Source: an uncultured bacterium
GTDB taxonomy: Bacteria; Patescibacteriota; Minisyncoccia; UBA6257; UBA9933
NCBI GenBank assembly: GCA_913009635.1
Contig: CAJVXI010000001.1
Coordinates: 2,915 to 66,914 of the forward strand
Direction of reading: 5' to 3'
DNA length: 64,000 bases
How positions within the stretch are numbered: position 1 is the stretch's first letter; every line of letters starts with the position of its first letter. A program made the position numbers and the translations under genes. Of the stretch, positions 9,399 through 19,210 are shown in pieces. The notes beneath the pieces are model-generated. The model was not told the origin of the DNA, searched no databases, and saw nothing but the letters and a program-made list of their open reading frames with translations.

Positions 9399-9947
9399 AT
9401 GAAATCTTTTCTTTATTCAATTTGGGAGATTATTGAAGTTGTTTTAATAGCTATTATCACAGTAATTGTTGTTAGAAATTTTTTAATCCAGCCATTTTTA
9501 GTTAGTGGCGCGAGTATGGAGCCAAATTTTTCAAATGGAGATTATCTCTTGGTTGACGAGATTACTTATCGTTTTCGTAAGCCGCAGAGAGGAGAAGTTA
9601 TTGTTTTTTATTACCCCGGCGATGAAGTTACATATTATATTAAAAGAATTATAGGTCTTCCAGGCGAACGAATTAACATTAAAAACGGGCAGATTACGAT
9701 TTACAGTAATGATTATTCCAGTGAATTGGTTCTTGAAGAATATTATTTGCCGCTTGATATTAAAACTTCTGGAGATAAAGAAATTGCCATTAGTGATAAT
9801 GAGTATTTTGTTTTAGGAGATAATCGTTATTATAGTTTTGATTCGCGTAGTTGGGGTCCTCTTAATGAAGATGAAATTATTGGTTTAGTGCGTTTGCGCC
9901 TTTGGCCATTTAATAATGTGATGGCATTTGAGAAACCAGTTTATTAA
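9399..9947 (+). CDS. lepB: Signal peptidase I
   Basis: VSGASMEPNF, YIKRIIGLPGE, GDNR..S.DSRSWG. Confidence 0.95.
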   Translation: MKSFLYSIWEIIEVVLIAIITVIVVRNFLIQPFLVSGASMEPNFSNGDYLLVDEITYRFRKPQRGEVIVFYYPGDEVTYYIKRIIGLPGERINIKNGQITIYSNDYSSELVLEEYYLPLDIKTSGDKEIAISDNEYFVLGDNRYYSFDSRSWGPLNEDEIIGLVRLRLWPFNNVMAFEKPVY

Positions 9948-10077
9948 AAATTAAAAATGTAAATATCAAAATGGAAAATGACAATGTAAAATTTCAAAAT
10001 GAGTTAAAAAAACGGAAATAATTTCAATATTTTGATTTGTCATTTTGATTTTTGATTTTTTAATTTTACATTTTATT
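9948..10077. repeat. Hairpin element family C (reverse orientation relative to 50541-50663)
   Basis: Reverse complement aligns with the rplC-rplD copy. Confidence 0.85.
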
Positions 10078-11406
10078 ATGTTTAAGCCTCAAAAAAAGAA
10101 AATTATTAAAAAAGCAAAGAATAAAAAGAAGATGAAAAAGATGCTATTTCAGTCCCCAAAAGGCATGCATGATATTTTGCCAGAAGAACAGTCATATTGG
10201 GAAAAGATAAGAAAGGTCAGTCGAGAAATTGCTGATTTTTATAATTTTTCAAGAATTGACACTCCAATTTTAGAAACAGCAGAAATTTTTGAACGCTCTA
10301 TCGGAGAAACTACTGATATTGTTGAAAAGCAGATGTTTATTCTTAAAACTAAGAGCGGTGACCGTTTAGCGCTTAGACCGGAAGGCACAGCGCCAATTAT
10401 TAGAGCTTATCTTCAGCATGGTTTAAGTCGAACAGGGCATCCATTAAAACTTTATTATAATGGACCGATGTTTCGCTATGAAAAACCTCAAGCTGGCCGA
10501 TATCGTCAGTTTAATCAAATCGGTTTTGAGATTATTGGCAGTGACGACGATCCAATTTTTGACGCCCAAATAATTTTAGTTACCTACCAATTAATTAAAG
10601 AATTAAAAATTAAAGATTTAACTATTCAGATTAACAGTATTGGTTGTAAGAATTGTCGTTCAACTTACCAAAAAAAATTGCAAAATTATTATAATAAATT
10701 AGGATTAAATAAAATTTGCAAGGATTGCCAGCGTCGTTTGATGATTAATCCGCTGCGCCTACTTGATTGTAAAGATAAAAATTGTGAAGAATTTAAAGAG
10801 CAAGCACCGATTATTCTTGATAACCTTTGTAATTCTTGCAATAATCATTTTAAAGTAACTTTAGAATTTATTGACGAGCTTAAGCTTCCATACAATCTTA
10901 ATCCTACTTTAGTGCGTGGTTTGGATTACTACAATAAAACAGTTTTTGAAATATTTACCGAGGGCGTTGAAGTTGCCATAGCAAGCGGCGGCCGTTATGA
11001 TTATTTGACAGAAATGCTTGGTGGCCGCAAAATAGCGGCAGTTGGCAGTGGTTTGGGCATAGAGCGTATTGTCGAATTAATGAAAGACAGAGAGATTGTG
11101 GTTCCACCGGCAAAAAGCAAGCCAAAGGCCTTTTTAATTCATATCGGAGAACCGGCAAAAAAACAAAGCTTAGGTCTAATTGAGGAGTTTCGGAAAGGCG
11201 GAATTAAAATAATCGAATCGTTGGGAAGAGATTCACTTAAGTCACAGCTTCGTATAGCTGACAAGGAAAAAGTATTTTTTGCTTTGATTTTGGGGCAAAA
11301 AGAAGTTTTTGAAGAATCAATTATTATTAGAGATATGAGAAGTGGAGCTCAAGAGACAGTGCCAATAAGAAAGGCAGTGGAGGAGGTTAAAAGACGACTT
11401 AAGTAA
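10078..11406 (+). CDS. hisS: Histidine--tRNA ligase
   Basis: PKGMHD, LRPEGTA, FRYEKPQAGRYRQF, LVRGLDYY, GGRYD; upstream TTG start lies in the repeat. Confidence 0.96.
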   Translation: MFKPQKKKIIKKAKNKKKMKKMLFQSPKGMHDILPEEQSYWEKIRKVSREIADFYNFSRIDTPILETAEIFERSIGETTDIVEKQMFILKTKSGDRLALRPEGTAPIIRAYLQHGLSRTGHPLKLYYNGPMFRYEKPQAGRYRQFNQIGFEIIGSDDDPIFDAQIILVTYQLIKELKIKDLTIQINSIGCKNCRSTYQKKLQNYYNKLGLNKICKDCQRRLMINPLRLLDCKDKNCEEFKEQAPIILDNLCNSCNNHFKVTLEFIDELKLPYNLNPTLVRGLDYYNKTVFEIFTEGVEVAIASGGRYDYLTEMLGGRKIAAVGSGLGIERIVELMKDREIVVPPAKSKPKAFLIHIGEPAKKQSLGLIEEFRKGGIKIIESLGRDSLKSQLRIADKEKVFFALILGQKEVFEESIIIRDMRSGAQETVPIRKAVEEVKRRLK

Positions 11407-11409
11407 AGC

Positions 11410-11504
11410 TATAAATGTTATAATTGTTCTATCGTTTCGTTTGTTGTAATTGTTTCAACTAAAGCAATTATAACAGTTAGAACATTATAACATTATAACA
11501 TTTC
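11410..11504. repeat. Hairpin element (TGTTATAAT/ATTATAACA nonamers)
   Basis: Related to mnmA insert 32391-32485 and half copy 62813-62843. Confidence 0.7.
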
Positions 11505-11909
11505 ATGCCTTGTCTATTTTGTAAAATTATAAATAAAGAAATACAGGCAGATTTAATATATAATGATGATGACACTATTGGAATTTTAGATATTCATCCT
11601 GTAGCACCTGGACATACGATGATAATTCCAAAATTTCACAGCGAGAATATTTTGGACTTACCGGATGATAAAATTGGAGCAGTTTTTTCGGCGGTTAAAA
11701 AAATCACCGAAATTCTTGATAAATCTTTGAATCCCGATGGTTTTACTATAGGTATCAATCATGGTCGGGTAAGCGGACAAGCGGTTGATCATCTTCATAT
11801 CCATATTATTCCAAGATTTAAAAATGACAAAGGAGGGTCGATACATACCATAATTCATAATCCTCCTAAGGAGTCGTTGGAGGAAATAAAGAAGAAAATT
11901 AAAGCGTAA
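11505..11909 (+). CDS. HIT family nucleotide hydrolase
   Basis: CLFCKI, GHTMIIPK, HLHIHIIPR histidine triad. Confidence 0.95.
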   Translation: MPCLFCKIINKEIQADLIYNDDDTIGILDIHPVAPGHTMIIPKFHSENILDLPDDKIGAVFSAVKKITEILDKSLNPDGFTIGINHGRVSGQAVDHLHIHIIPRFKNDKGGSIHTIIHNPPKESLEEIKKKIKA

Positions 11910-12112
11910 TGTCAATATACGAATGCGTACTAATGATACGAATAAATAAATACTAATATATGATGCCAATATACTAATGGATACTAATGATACGAATAAA
12001 TACTAATTCAATTCGTATGTATTAGTATAATTAGTATGAATTCGTATATTAGCATTTCACATAAGTATAATTAGCATGAATTAGTATATTAGTATTTCAT
12101 TAAGCGAAGCGT
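11904..12112. repeat. Hairpin element family A, long form (TACTAAT/TACGAAT ... ATTAGTA/ATTCGTA)
   Basis: Near-identical to 24572-24774 and 58197-58399. Confidence 0.9.
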
Positions 12113-12322
12113 ATGGAATTAAAACGTAAACAAGGAGAACAAATAAGTTCGTTTTTATACCGCTTTTCTAAAAAAATTCAGCAAAGCGGAATTTTACGCG
12201 AAGCAAAAAAACGTCGGCATAAGGATCGTTCGACGTCTAAAAGACAAAAACGGCTTTCAGCCATTTATCGAGTTAAGAAGAAAAAAGAAGTGGAAAAGGC
12301 GAAGAAAATGGGAACACTATAA
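12113..12322 (+). CDS. rpsU: 30S ribosomal protein S21
   Basis: Small basic protein, RFSKKIQQSGILREAKKRR, upstream of YqeY. Confidence 0.75.
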   Translation: MELKRKQGEQISSFLYRFSKKIQQSGILREAKKRRHKDRSTSKRQKRLSAIYRVKKKKEVEKAKKMGTL

Positions 12323-12323
12323 T

Positions 12324-12402
12324 TAGCCACTAGCGACTAGCCACTAGTGAATTAGTGTTGAAATAAAATTTCCTAGTGGCTAAACCCTAGTGGCTAGTGG
12401 TT
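12324..12402. repeat. Hairpin element family B (CCACTAG/CTAGTGG heptads)
   Basis: Homologous to 20461-20555, 47568-47653, 51937-52022, 55597-55683. Confidence 0.9.
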
Positions 12403-12410
12403 TTATTTAT

Positions 12411-12872
12411 ATGTCTCTTTTAGAAACCATCAGAGATAATTTAAAAACGGCTATAAAAGAAAAACAGGAATTTAAAACTGGTGTTTTAAGATTGCTTAAC
12501 GCGATTTTCCAAAATAAAGAAATTGAGAAAAAAGGCAAAGGACTGGAAATTGAATTATTAGATGAGGAAGTTGTTGAAATTTTAAGCCGTGAAGCTAAAA
12601 AAAGAAAAGAAGCGATTGAAATGTACAAACAAGGAAGCCGTGATGATTTAGCTCAAAAAGAAAACAATGAATTAGAAATTATTAATAAATATTTGCCAGA
12701 ACAGTTAAGCAAAGAAGAAATCGAAAAAATCGTAGTAAAAGCTATTGAAAAAATTGGCGTCAAAGATTCTAAAGATTTTGGCAAGGCAATGGGTGAATCA
12801 ATGAAAGAATTAAAAGGGCAAGCTGATGCTAAAATAGTAAGTGAGATAGTGAAGAAATTGTTAAATGGTTAA
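12411..12872 (+). CDS. GatB/YqeY domain protein
   Basis: KKRKEAIEMY..GSRDDLA.KE, YLPEQLS, GKAMG; ATG 12411. Confidence 0.9.
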   Translation: MSLLETIRDNLKTAIKEKQEFKTGVLRLLNAIFQNKEIEKKGKGLEIELLDEEVVEILSREAKKRKEAIEMYKQGSRDDLAQKENNELEIINKYLPEQLSKEEIEKIVVKAIEKIGVKDSKDFGKAMGESMKELKGQADAKIVSEIVKKLLNG

Positions 12873-12888
12873 TTGTTAGATTGTTAAT

Positions 12889-13446
12889 ATGACGAATAAA
12901 ATATTGGTTGTGAGCTTAGAAAAAGGATTTGAAAAATTTGAGAAAGAAATAAAAAAAACAGTATTTAAAGCGTTAAGAATTTTAAAAAAGAAAAACGTTT
13001 CAGTGGAGATTTATTTGGTTGGAAGCCCAAAAATGCGGTTTTTAAACAAAAAATTTCGTGGTAAAGATAAAACAGCTGATATATTAAGTTTTGAAGAGCC
13101 CAAAAATGGCTTTATTTATCCTTCGTCATCTGCCACTGGCGGAGGCGAATCAAAATTTAAGAGAATTGGTGAAATATACCTCAATCTTGATATATCGCAG
13201 ATAAACGTAGATGAAACGCAGATAAATCCCCCACATATAAATATATGTGGGATAAACGCAAATAAAAAAATCAGCGAAAATCTGCGTAAAAATCTGCGTG
13301 GATCAGTACTTTTAGTGCATGGCTTGCTTCATCTTTTTGGCTATCATCATAATAAGAAAAATGATAAAATTAGAATGGATAAAGCGGAGCAGAAATTACT
13401 CCTTCAAATTACAGATTCCAAACACCAAGCACCAAATAACAAATAA
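12889..13446 (+). CDS. ybeY: rRNA maturation RNase YbeY with repeat-derived insertions
   Basis: LNKKFRGKDKTADILSF, GEIYL, HGLLHLFGYHH. Confidence 0.9.
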   Translation: MTNKILVVSLEKGFEKFEKEIKKTVFKALRILKKKNVSVEIYLVGSPKMRFLNKKFRGKDKTADILSFEEPKNGFIYPSSSATGGGESKFKRIGEIYLNLDISQINVDETQINPPHINICGINANKKISENLRKNLRGSVLLVHGLLHLFGYHHNKKNDKIRMDKAEQKLLLQITDSKHQAPNNK

Positions 13447-13590
13447 GCACCAAATTCTAATTCGCCAGCTGGCGAACTAAACACGAGTTTCGATAATTGG
13501 AATTTCGGTCATTGAAATTTACCCCTCAGTCCTGAAATTCTCGGGGTTGAAGGATTTGTGATTTGGAATTTGTTATTTGGGATTTAGTAT
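13405..13590. repeat. Hairpin element family E (AAGCACCAA/AATAACAA ... TTGGAATTT) with nested GC modules
   Basis: Reverse complement of 26602-26772; arm shared with 1198-1250. Confidence 0.85.
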
Positions 13591-13591
13591 T

Positions 13592-14815
13592 ATGTACATC
13601 ACTGCCTTAGATATTGGATCAGCTCAAATTAAGACATTGGTAGCTGAAGTTCAGAAGAATGGACAATTAGCTATAATAAATGTTTTTAAAACACCTTCAG
13701 AAGGAATTCGCAAAGGCGAGGTTATTGATATTGAAGACGCTACTCGTTCAATAAATTCTTCTTTAGCAGAAGTAAAACATTTTAATAAATCCGCGCTTAA
13801 AAATATTTTTGTTAATATTGGTGGAAGTAATGTAAAAATTCATAACTCACGTGGAATTATTGCTGTTTCCAGAGCTGATAATGAAATTAGTCAGGATGAT
13901 ATTGATAGAGTTATTAAGGCATCTCAAGCGATTAATCTTTCTCCAAATAGAATGATTCTTCATACTCTTGCTCGTGAGTTTATTATTGATAATATCAGTA
14001 ACATTAAAGAACCGTTAGGAATGATAGGAACTCGTTTAGAGGTAAATACTTTAATTATTGATGCTTTTTCTCCAGCTGTTAAAAATCTTATTAAATGTAT
14101 TGAAACCGCTGGCGGTAATTTGGGCGGTTTAATTTATGGTCCTTTAGCTGCTGCTCGTTCAGTTTTGACAAAGAATCAAAAAATATTAGGCTCAATTTTA
14201 GTGGATATTGGTTTTGGCACTACCGGTATGGCTGTTTATGAAGATAATAAACTTTTGAATGCTTCTGTTTTTCCTGTTGGTACCGGCAATATTACCAATG
14301 ATTTAGCAATTGGATTAAAATGTTCAATTAAAACAGCTGAAAAGGTAAAACTTTCTTTTGGTTCTGCTTTAGCAAGAGAAGTTCCCAGTAAAGAAAAAGT
14401 TGATATGTATGAAATAGACGAAACTATTAAAGCGTCTCCGAGTCGTAAATTTATTTCTGAAATTATTGAAGTTCGTTTGGCTGAGGTTTTTGAATTTATT
14501 AATAACGAGTTAAAATTTATTGGTAAAATGAGACAGTTGCCGGCAGGCATTGTTCTATGCGGCAGTGGCGCTAAAATGCCTGGAATTGCTGAGTTGGCGA
14601 AACGAGAATTAAAACTGCATGTTCAAATTGGTATTCCTGAGACAGATGTTTTAGAATTAACTAATGCCGAATTCAGCAGTCAGATTGAAGATCCGGAATT
14701 TGCTACTGCGGTTGGACTGTTATTGTGGGGCAATGATCAACTTGCCAGGGATAGTAATTGGCTTCCGATAAAAAAGTTTTCAATAATAAATATTTTAAAA
14801 CATTTCAAACCCTAG
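13592..14815 (+). CDS. ftsA: Cell division protein FtsA
   Basis: ALDIGS, GIRKG, VDIGFGTT, G.ITNDLA, upstream of ftsZ. Confidence 0.95.
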   Translation: MYITALDIGSAQIKTLVAEVQKNGQLAIINVFKTPSEGIRKGEVIDIEDATRSINSSLAEVKHFNKSALKNIFVNIGGSNVKIHNSRGIIAVSRADNEISQDDIDRVIKASQAINLSPNRMILHTLAREFIIDNISNIKEPLGMIGTRLEVNTLIIDAFSPAVKNLIKCIETAGGNLGGLIYGPLAAARSVLTKNQKILGSILVDIGFGTTGMAVYEDNKLLNASVFPVGTGNITNDLAIGLKCSIKTAEKVKLSFGSALAREVPSKEKVDMYEIDETIKASPSRKFISEIIEVRLAEVFEFINNELKFIGKMRQLPAGIVLCGSGAKMPGIAELAKRELKLHVQIGIPETDVLELTNAEFSSQIEDPEFATAVGLLLWGNDQLARDSNWLPIKKFSIINILKHFKP

Positions 14816-14940
14816 AGTAATCATTAATTAGCGAATAATTGTCTGTCCGCAATGCTTAAGCATAGCGATAGCAGGCGGACGAATATGGCGAATAATAAAT
14901 TTGTATATTCGCAGGAATTCGTCAATTCGCGAATACTTTT
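14815..14940. repeat. Hairpin element family D (GAGTAATC..GCGAATA/TATTCGC..ACTC) with nested GC-rich module
   Basis: Homologous to 16117-16213, 26215-26295, 44746-44807. Confidence 0.85.
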
Positions 14941-16116
14941 ATGAAGCATAAAGAAGAAAAATATACTCTTGCCAGAATTAAAGTTATAGGCGTTGGCGGA
15001 GGAGGAAGCAACGCGATTACAAGAATGAATAAAGATTTTCCGCGCGCAGTTGATTTGATTGCGATTAATACGGACGTTCAAGATCTTAATTATTGTAACG
15101 CTAAAAAGAAAATTCATATTGGTCAAGAAGTTACTAAAGGATTAGGAGCAGGAATGAATCCTGATTTAGGGCGTCAGTCAGCCGAAGAGAATCGCTCTGA
15201 AATTGCGGATATACTCAAAGGAGCGGATATGGTTTTTATAACAGCGGGTTTTGGTGGCGGCACTGGAACTGGAGCTTCGCCGATAATTGCCGAAATAGCC
15301 AGAGATTTAGGAATTCTTACAATAGCTGTTGTTACTAAGCCGTTTAGTTTTGAGGGCTCTCAGCGAAATCAAATTGCTCAAGAAGGCATAATTAAGCTTA
15401 AAGACAAAGTTGATACTTTAATTGTTATTCCGAATGATAGAATTTTTTCTTTAATTGATAAAGATACTTCATTAATTAAAGCTTTTGAAAAGATTGATGA
15501 AGTTTTAAATAATTCAGTTAAGGGAATTACAGAATTAATAATGAATCCCGGCATTGTTAACGTAGATTTCGCCGATGTTAAAACAGTGATGGAAGAAGGC
15601 GGTTCCGCGGTTATCGGAATTGGTTTAGCTAGTGGTCAGGAAAGAGCCCTAAGCGCGGCCAATCAAGCTATTAATTCGCCTCTTTTAGAAACTTCTATTG
15701 ACGGCGCCAAAGGAGTTCTTTTTAGTATTTCCGGGCGTCGTGATTTAAAAATGAACGAGGTTAATGAAATTGCCAAATTAATTTCTGAGAACGTTGATTC
15801 AACTGCTAAAATAATTTTTGGAACATATAATGATAGAAGGATTAGAAAGGGGCAAATTAAAGTGACTCTTATTGCCACTGGATTTGATAATATTTTAAAA
15901 AATAATGATATCACCGGCTTATTTAGTTCAGTTAGCTTAGAAGAAGATTCTTCTCCGGCTACTGCTTCTTCTTTGTTGTCAGATAGCAAAAAAGAAGATA
16001 AAAATAAAGAGGAAAAAAGTAAAGAAATAAAAAAGAATAGTAAAATTGAACCAAAAAAGAAAACAGACGATATTTGGGACATACCGACGTTTTTGAGGAG
16101 AAGGAGAAAAAAATAA
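14941..16116 (+). CDS. ftsZ: Cell division protein FtsZ
   Basis: [24 protein letters not shown]-terminal DIPTFLR. Confidence 0.98.
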   Translation: MKHKEEKYTLARIKVIGVGGGGSNAITRMNKDFPRAVDLIAINTDVQDLNYCNAKKKIHIGQEVTKGLGAGMNPDLGRQSAEENRSEIADILKGADMVFITAGFGGGTGTGASPIIAEIARDLGILTIAVVTKPFSFEGSQRNQIAQEGIIKLKDKVDTLIVIPNDRIFSLIDKDTSLIKAFEKIDEVLNNSVKGITELIMNPGIVNVDFADVKTVMEEGGSAVIGIGLASGQERALSAANQAINSPLLETSIDGAKGVLFSISGRRDLKMNEVNEIAKLISENVDSTAKIIFGTYNDRRIRKGQIKVTLIATGFDNILKNNDITGLFSSVSLEEDSSPATASSLLSDSKKEDKNKEEKSKEIKKNSKIEPKKKTDDIWDIPTFLRRRRKK

Positions 16117-16213
16117 GAGTAATCGCTAATTAGCGAATACTTGCGAATATACAAATCGTGAATAAATTATTCGCTATATTCGCAGGAATTTGCTAATTCG
16201 TGAACACTCCTTT
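16117..16213. repeat. Hairpin element family D
   Basis: gagtaatcgctaattagcgaatacttgcgaata...attcgtgaacactc. Confidence 0.85.
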
Positions 16214-18793
16214 ATGTTCAGAAAGATTTATAAACGAAACGGCCATACAGTGCCGTTTAAAATTGAAAAAATTACGCAGGCCATTTACAGGGCCTCTATT
16301 GCTGTTGGTGATCCAAATTGGCAAATGGCGAATAATTTTTCCAAAGAGGTAATTAAGCGTCTTGAGAAAAAAATAAAAAAAGGAGCTATTCCAAATGTTG
16401 AAGAAGTGCAGGATGTGGTTGAACAAGTTTTAATAGAAAAGGTTCATCCTCGGATAGCTAAAGCGTATATTTTATATCGTCAGCATCGAGCGGAAATTCG
16501 TCAGGAGAAAAAACAAGTTCTTAATAAAACCGAGATTGATGAAGTTGATAAAAAATTTGACATTAATGCTTTGCGGGTTCTTGCTTCTCGTTATCTTAAG
16601 AAAAATGAGGATGGCAAAATTATTGAATCGCCGAAAGAACTTTTTGAAAGAGTTGCTGTTCATGTTGTTTTGTCATCGCTTTTTTATGACTCTAAAATTT
16701 ATAAAAAACAGAGCGGAACAATAGAACATCGAATTGAAGAATTTGATCCGCAGAAATTTGAAGATAAGTTTTCTATCGGTAAATTTAAACTTAATAGATT
16801 TCATCTGGAAGCCGCTAAAAGAGTTTACGATCGATTTGCCAAAGAAAAGAAAATTAAAGTTTCCTGGATTAAATTTTTAGATTTATTAAAGAAAGGTTAT
16901 TTTTCAAAATATGAAAATGAAATTATCTCTTATTATGATTTAATGGTTAGCAGGCGATTTTTGCCAAATACGCCGACTTTAGCGAATTTTGGCAATCATT
17001 TAGGAATGGGTTCCGGTTGTTTTGCTTTAGGCATAGAGGATTCTATAGATTCTATAATGGATACGTTAAAATCCGCGGCTATTATTTTTAAATCCGGCGG
17101 CGGAGTTGGTTATAATTTTTCTAATTTGCGAGCAGAAGGCGATTTTGTTAAAACAACCAGTGGCGTGTCTTCCGGTCCGATTAGTTTTATGTCAATGTTT
17201 GACGTAATGACAGATGTGATAAAACAGGGCGCTATGCGTCGGGGGGCAAATATGGGAATTTTGAATAGTTCACATCCGGACATTGAAAAATTTATTAAAG
17301 CGAAAGAAGGCAATAAAGCGTTGAGAAATTTTAATATTTCAGTAATGCTTATGCCGGAATTCTGGAGGGCCTACAAAGAAAATAAAACATACGATTTGGT
17401 AAATCCGCGAACAGGGAAACCAGTCAAAGAAATAAACAGTCGTCAACTTTTTGATAATATTAGCCATCAGGCATGGGAATCAGCTGAGCCTGGAATTTTA
17501 TTTTTTGACCGAATCAATGAACATAATCCATTTTTGAAATCTTTAGGGCCGATTGAAAACACTAATCCGTGCAGTGAGCTTCCACTTTATCCAAATGAAA
17601 GCTGTAATTTGGGCTCTATTAATGTGTGGGCTTATTTAAAGAAAAATGGCGATAAGAAACCTAAATTTAATTGGTTGCAATTAGAGCGGGACGTTAAATT
17701 TGCCACACGATTTTTGGATGGCGTAATTGATGTTAATAAATATCCATTAAAAGAGATTGAAGAAATGACTTTAAGCACCAGAAAGATTGGGTTAGGCGTG
17801 ATGGGAGTTGGCGATTTACTTTATGAGCTGGAAATTCCGTATGCCTCTAAGAAAAGCATACAATTCATGGAAGAGTTAATGGAATTTATCAACTATCATT
17901 CAAAGGAAGCTTCAGTGGAATTATCCAAAGAACGCGGCCGGCTGCCATATTTTAGTAAATCGTTTTACAAAGAAGGAAAATTGCCGTTTTCCGGTTTAAA
18001 AGATAAAAAATCATGGCATTTTGATTGGGCTGAATTAATTAAAAAGATTAAGAAGTATGGTATTAGAAATGCCGGAACTACTACTGTTGCTCCAACGGGT
18101 TCCATTTCTATGCTTGCTGGCACATCTTCCGGCATTGAACCAGTTTACAGTTTAGTTTTTGAAAAAAATGTGGCTGTTGGCAGTTTTTATTATGTTGATC
18201 CAGTTTTTGAAGAAGAAATGAGGAAAGCTGGCTTAATGGACGAAGATTTAATTACTGACACTTCTCGTTTTAGCGGCAGTATTCGTCATATTTCTTATAT
18301 CCCAGAAAAATATAAAAAGATATTTGTTACCGCGATGGATGTTGCGCCGTCTGACCATATCAAGGTTTTAGCGTCTTTTCAAAAATGGGTTGATTCAGCG
18401 ATTTCTAAGACTAATAATTTTCCGTCCGAAGCAACGGTTGATGATATTAAAAGAGCTTACCTTTTAGCTTACGAGTTGGGTTGCAAAGGTATTTCTGTTT
18501 ATCGTGATAAATCTTTACATACTCAGGTTTTAGTCGGTGGCAGCACCAAAAAGAAACCCAAGGACATTCAAAGATTGTCTGTTGTTAAAAAAGATGAAAA
18601 AACTAAGGGCTTAGTTGTTTATCATGAATCCGGGACTCAAACAGAGGTCAGTTCTTTAGAATTGCCTCCTATTGAAACAAATAATTCTTTTGAAATTAAA
18701 GAAATTAAAGATTGTCCTAGTTGTAAAATTCCTTTAGTGCGTCAGGAGGGCTGTAAAAAATGTCCGTCATGCGGATGGGGAATGTGTTCGTAA
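16214..18793 (+). CDS. nrdJ: Adenosylcobalamin-dependent (class II) ribonucleotide reductase with ATP cone
   Basis: N-terminal ATP cone, FLPNTPTL, TNPCSE, VAPTGSIS, ISKTNN, C-terminal CPSC..EGC..CPSCG. Confidence 0.9.
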   Translation: MFRKIYKRNGHTVPFKIEKITQAIYRASIAVGDPNWQMANNFSKEVIKRLEKKIKKGAIPNVEEVQDVVEQVLIEKVHPRIAKAYILYRQHRAEIRQEKKQVLNKTEIDEVDKKFDINALRVLASRYLKKNEDGKIIESPKELFERVAVHVVLSSLFYDSKIYKKQSGTIEHRIEEFDPQKFEDKFSIGKFKLNRFHLEAAKRVYDRFAKEKKIKVSWIKFLDLLKKGYFSKYENEIISYYDLMVSRRFLPNTPTLANFGNHLGMGSGCFALGIEDSIDSIMDTLKSAAIIFKSGGGVGYNFSNLRAEGDFVKTTSGVSSGPISFMSMFDVMTDVIKQGAMRRGANMGILNSSHPDIEKFIKAKEGNKALRNFNISVMLMPEFWRAYKENKTYDLVNPRTGKPVKEINSRQLFDNISHQAWESAEPGILFFDRINEHNPFLKSLGPIENTNPCSELPLYPNESCNLGSINVWAYLKKNGDKKPKFNWLQLERDVKFATRFLDGVIDVNKYPLKEIEEMTLSTRKIGLGVMGVGDLLYELEIPYASKKSIQFMEELMEFINYHSKEASVELSKERGRLPYFSKSFYKEGKLPFSGLKDKKSWHFDWAELIKKIKKYGIRNAGTTTVAPTGSISMLAGTSSGIEPVYSLVFEKNVAVGSFYYVDPVFEEEMRKAGLMDEDLITDTSRFSGSIRHISYIPEKYKKIFVTAMDVAPSDHIKVLASFQKWVDSAISKTNNFPSEATVDDIKRAYLLAYELGCKGISVYRDKSLHTQVLVGGSTKKKPKDIQRLSVVKKDEKTKGLVVYHESGTQTEVSSLELPPIETNNSFEIKEIKDCPSCKIPLVRQEGCKKCPSCGWGMCS

Positions 18794-18819
18794 ATAAAAA
18801 AGGGCTATTACCCCCCTTT

Positions 18820-19140
18820 TTATTTCATTGATTCACTTGCTTCGTCTATTAGTTTTGGAGAAGAATTAGCGTAAAAGATAATCGCGATTACAAGAGTAAT
18901 GTGATGCAAGGCGTTAAATAGAAAGCCAAGCGGCGCTTCTACTAAATGATCAATTATTGCCAAAAGAAAAGAAAAAGTGAAAATAATTGATCCTAAAACT
19001 AAATAATTAAAAGGTTTTTTAAAAATTGAACCAACAAGCGAAGCTCTGATTTTTCGGCTTTTAAAAATAAAGATTAATCCTATTAAAAAACCAATAAAGT
19101 TAAGAATTAAAACCATTAATTCAAAATAATTTTCATTCAT
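18820..19140 (-). CDS. Hypothetical three-TM membrane protein
   Basis: 106-aa hydrophobic ORF filling the gap between nrdJ and secD. Confidence 0.65.
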   Translation of the reverse strand: MNENYFELMVLILNFIGFLIGLIFIFKSRKIRASLVGSIFKKPFNYLVLGSIIFTFSFLLAIIDHLVEAPLGFLFNALHHITLVIAIIFYANSSPKLIDEASESMK

Positions 19141-19210
19141 AATTTTTTTACGTATTTTAACGACCTTTGCTTTTTATTATATTATATGATATTTTTATGT
19201 AATAAAACAA

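Noticed and set aside
10045-10077. Extended N-termini predicted for hisS, ftsA, nrdJ, rpmB, rpsL, rplP, rplO, rpsC and the YqeY gene
   Set aside because: Upstream TTG/GTG starts fall inside repeat elements; downstream starts match family N-termini
11904-12112. Family A repeats as a CRISPR array
   Set aside because: No constant repeat with unique spacers, copies are dispersed fold-backs, and no cas genes are present
14824-15126. Short antisense or overlapping ORFs in the track (e.g. 14824-15126, 15663-16154, 39362-39820, 44598-44855, 37133-37327)
   Set aside because: Shadows of real genes or read-through of repeats; the shared peptide YSLISDY simply reflects family D
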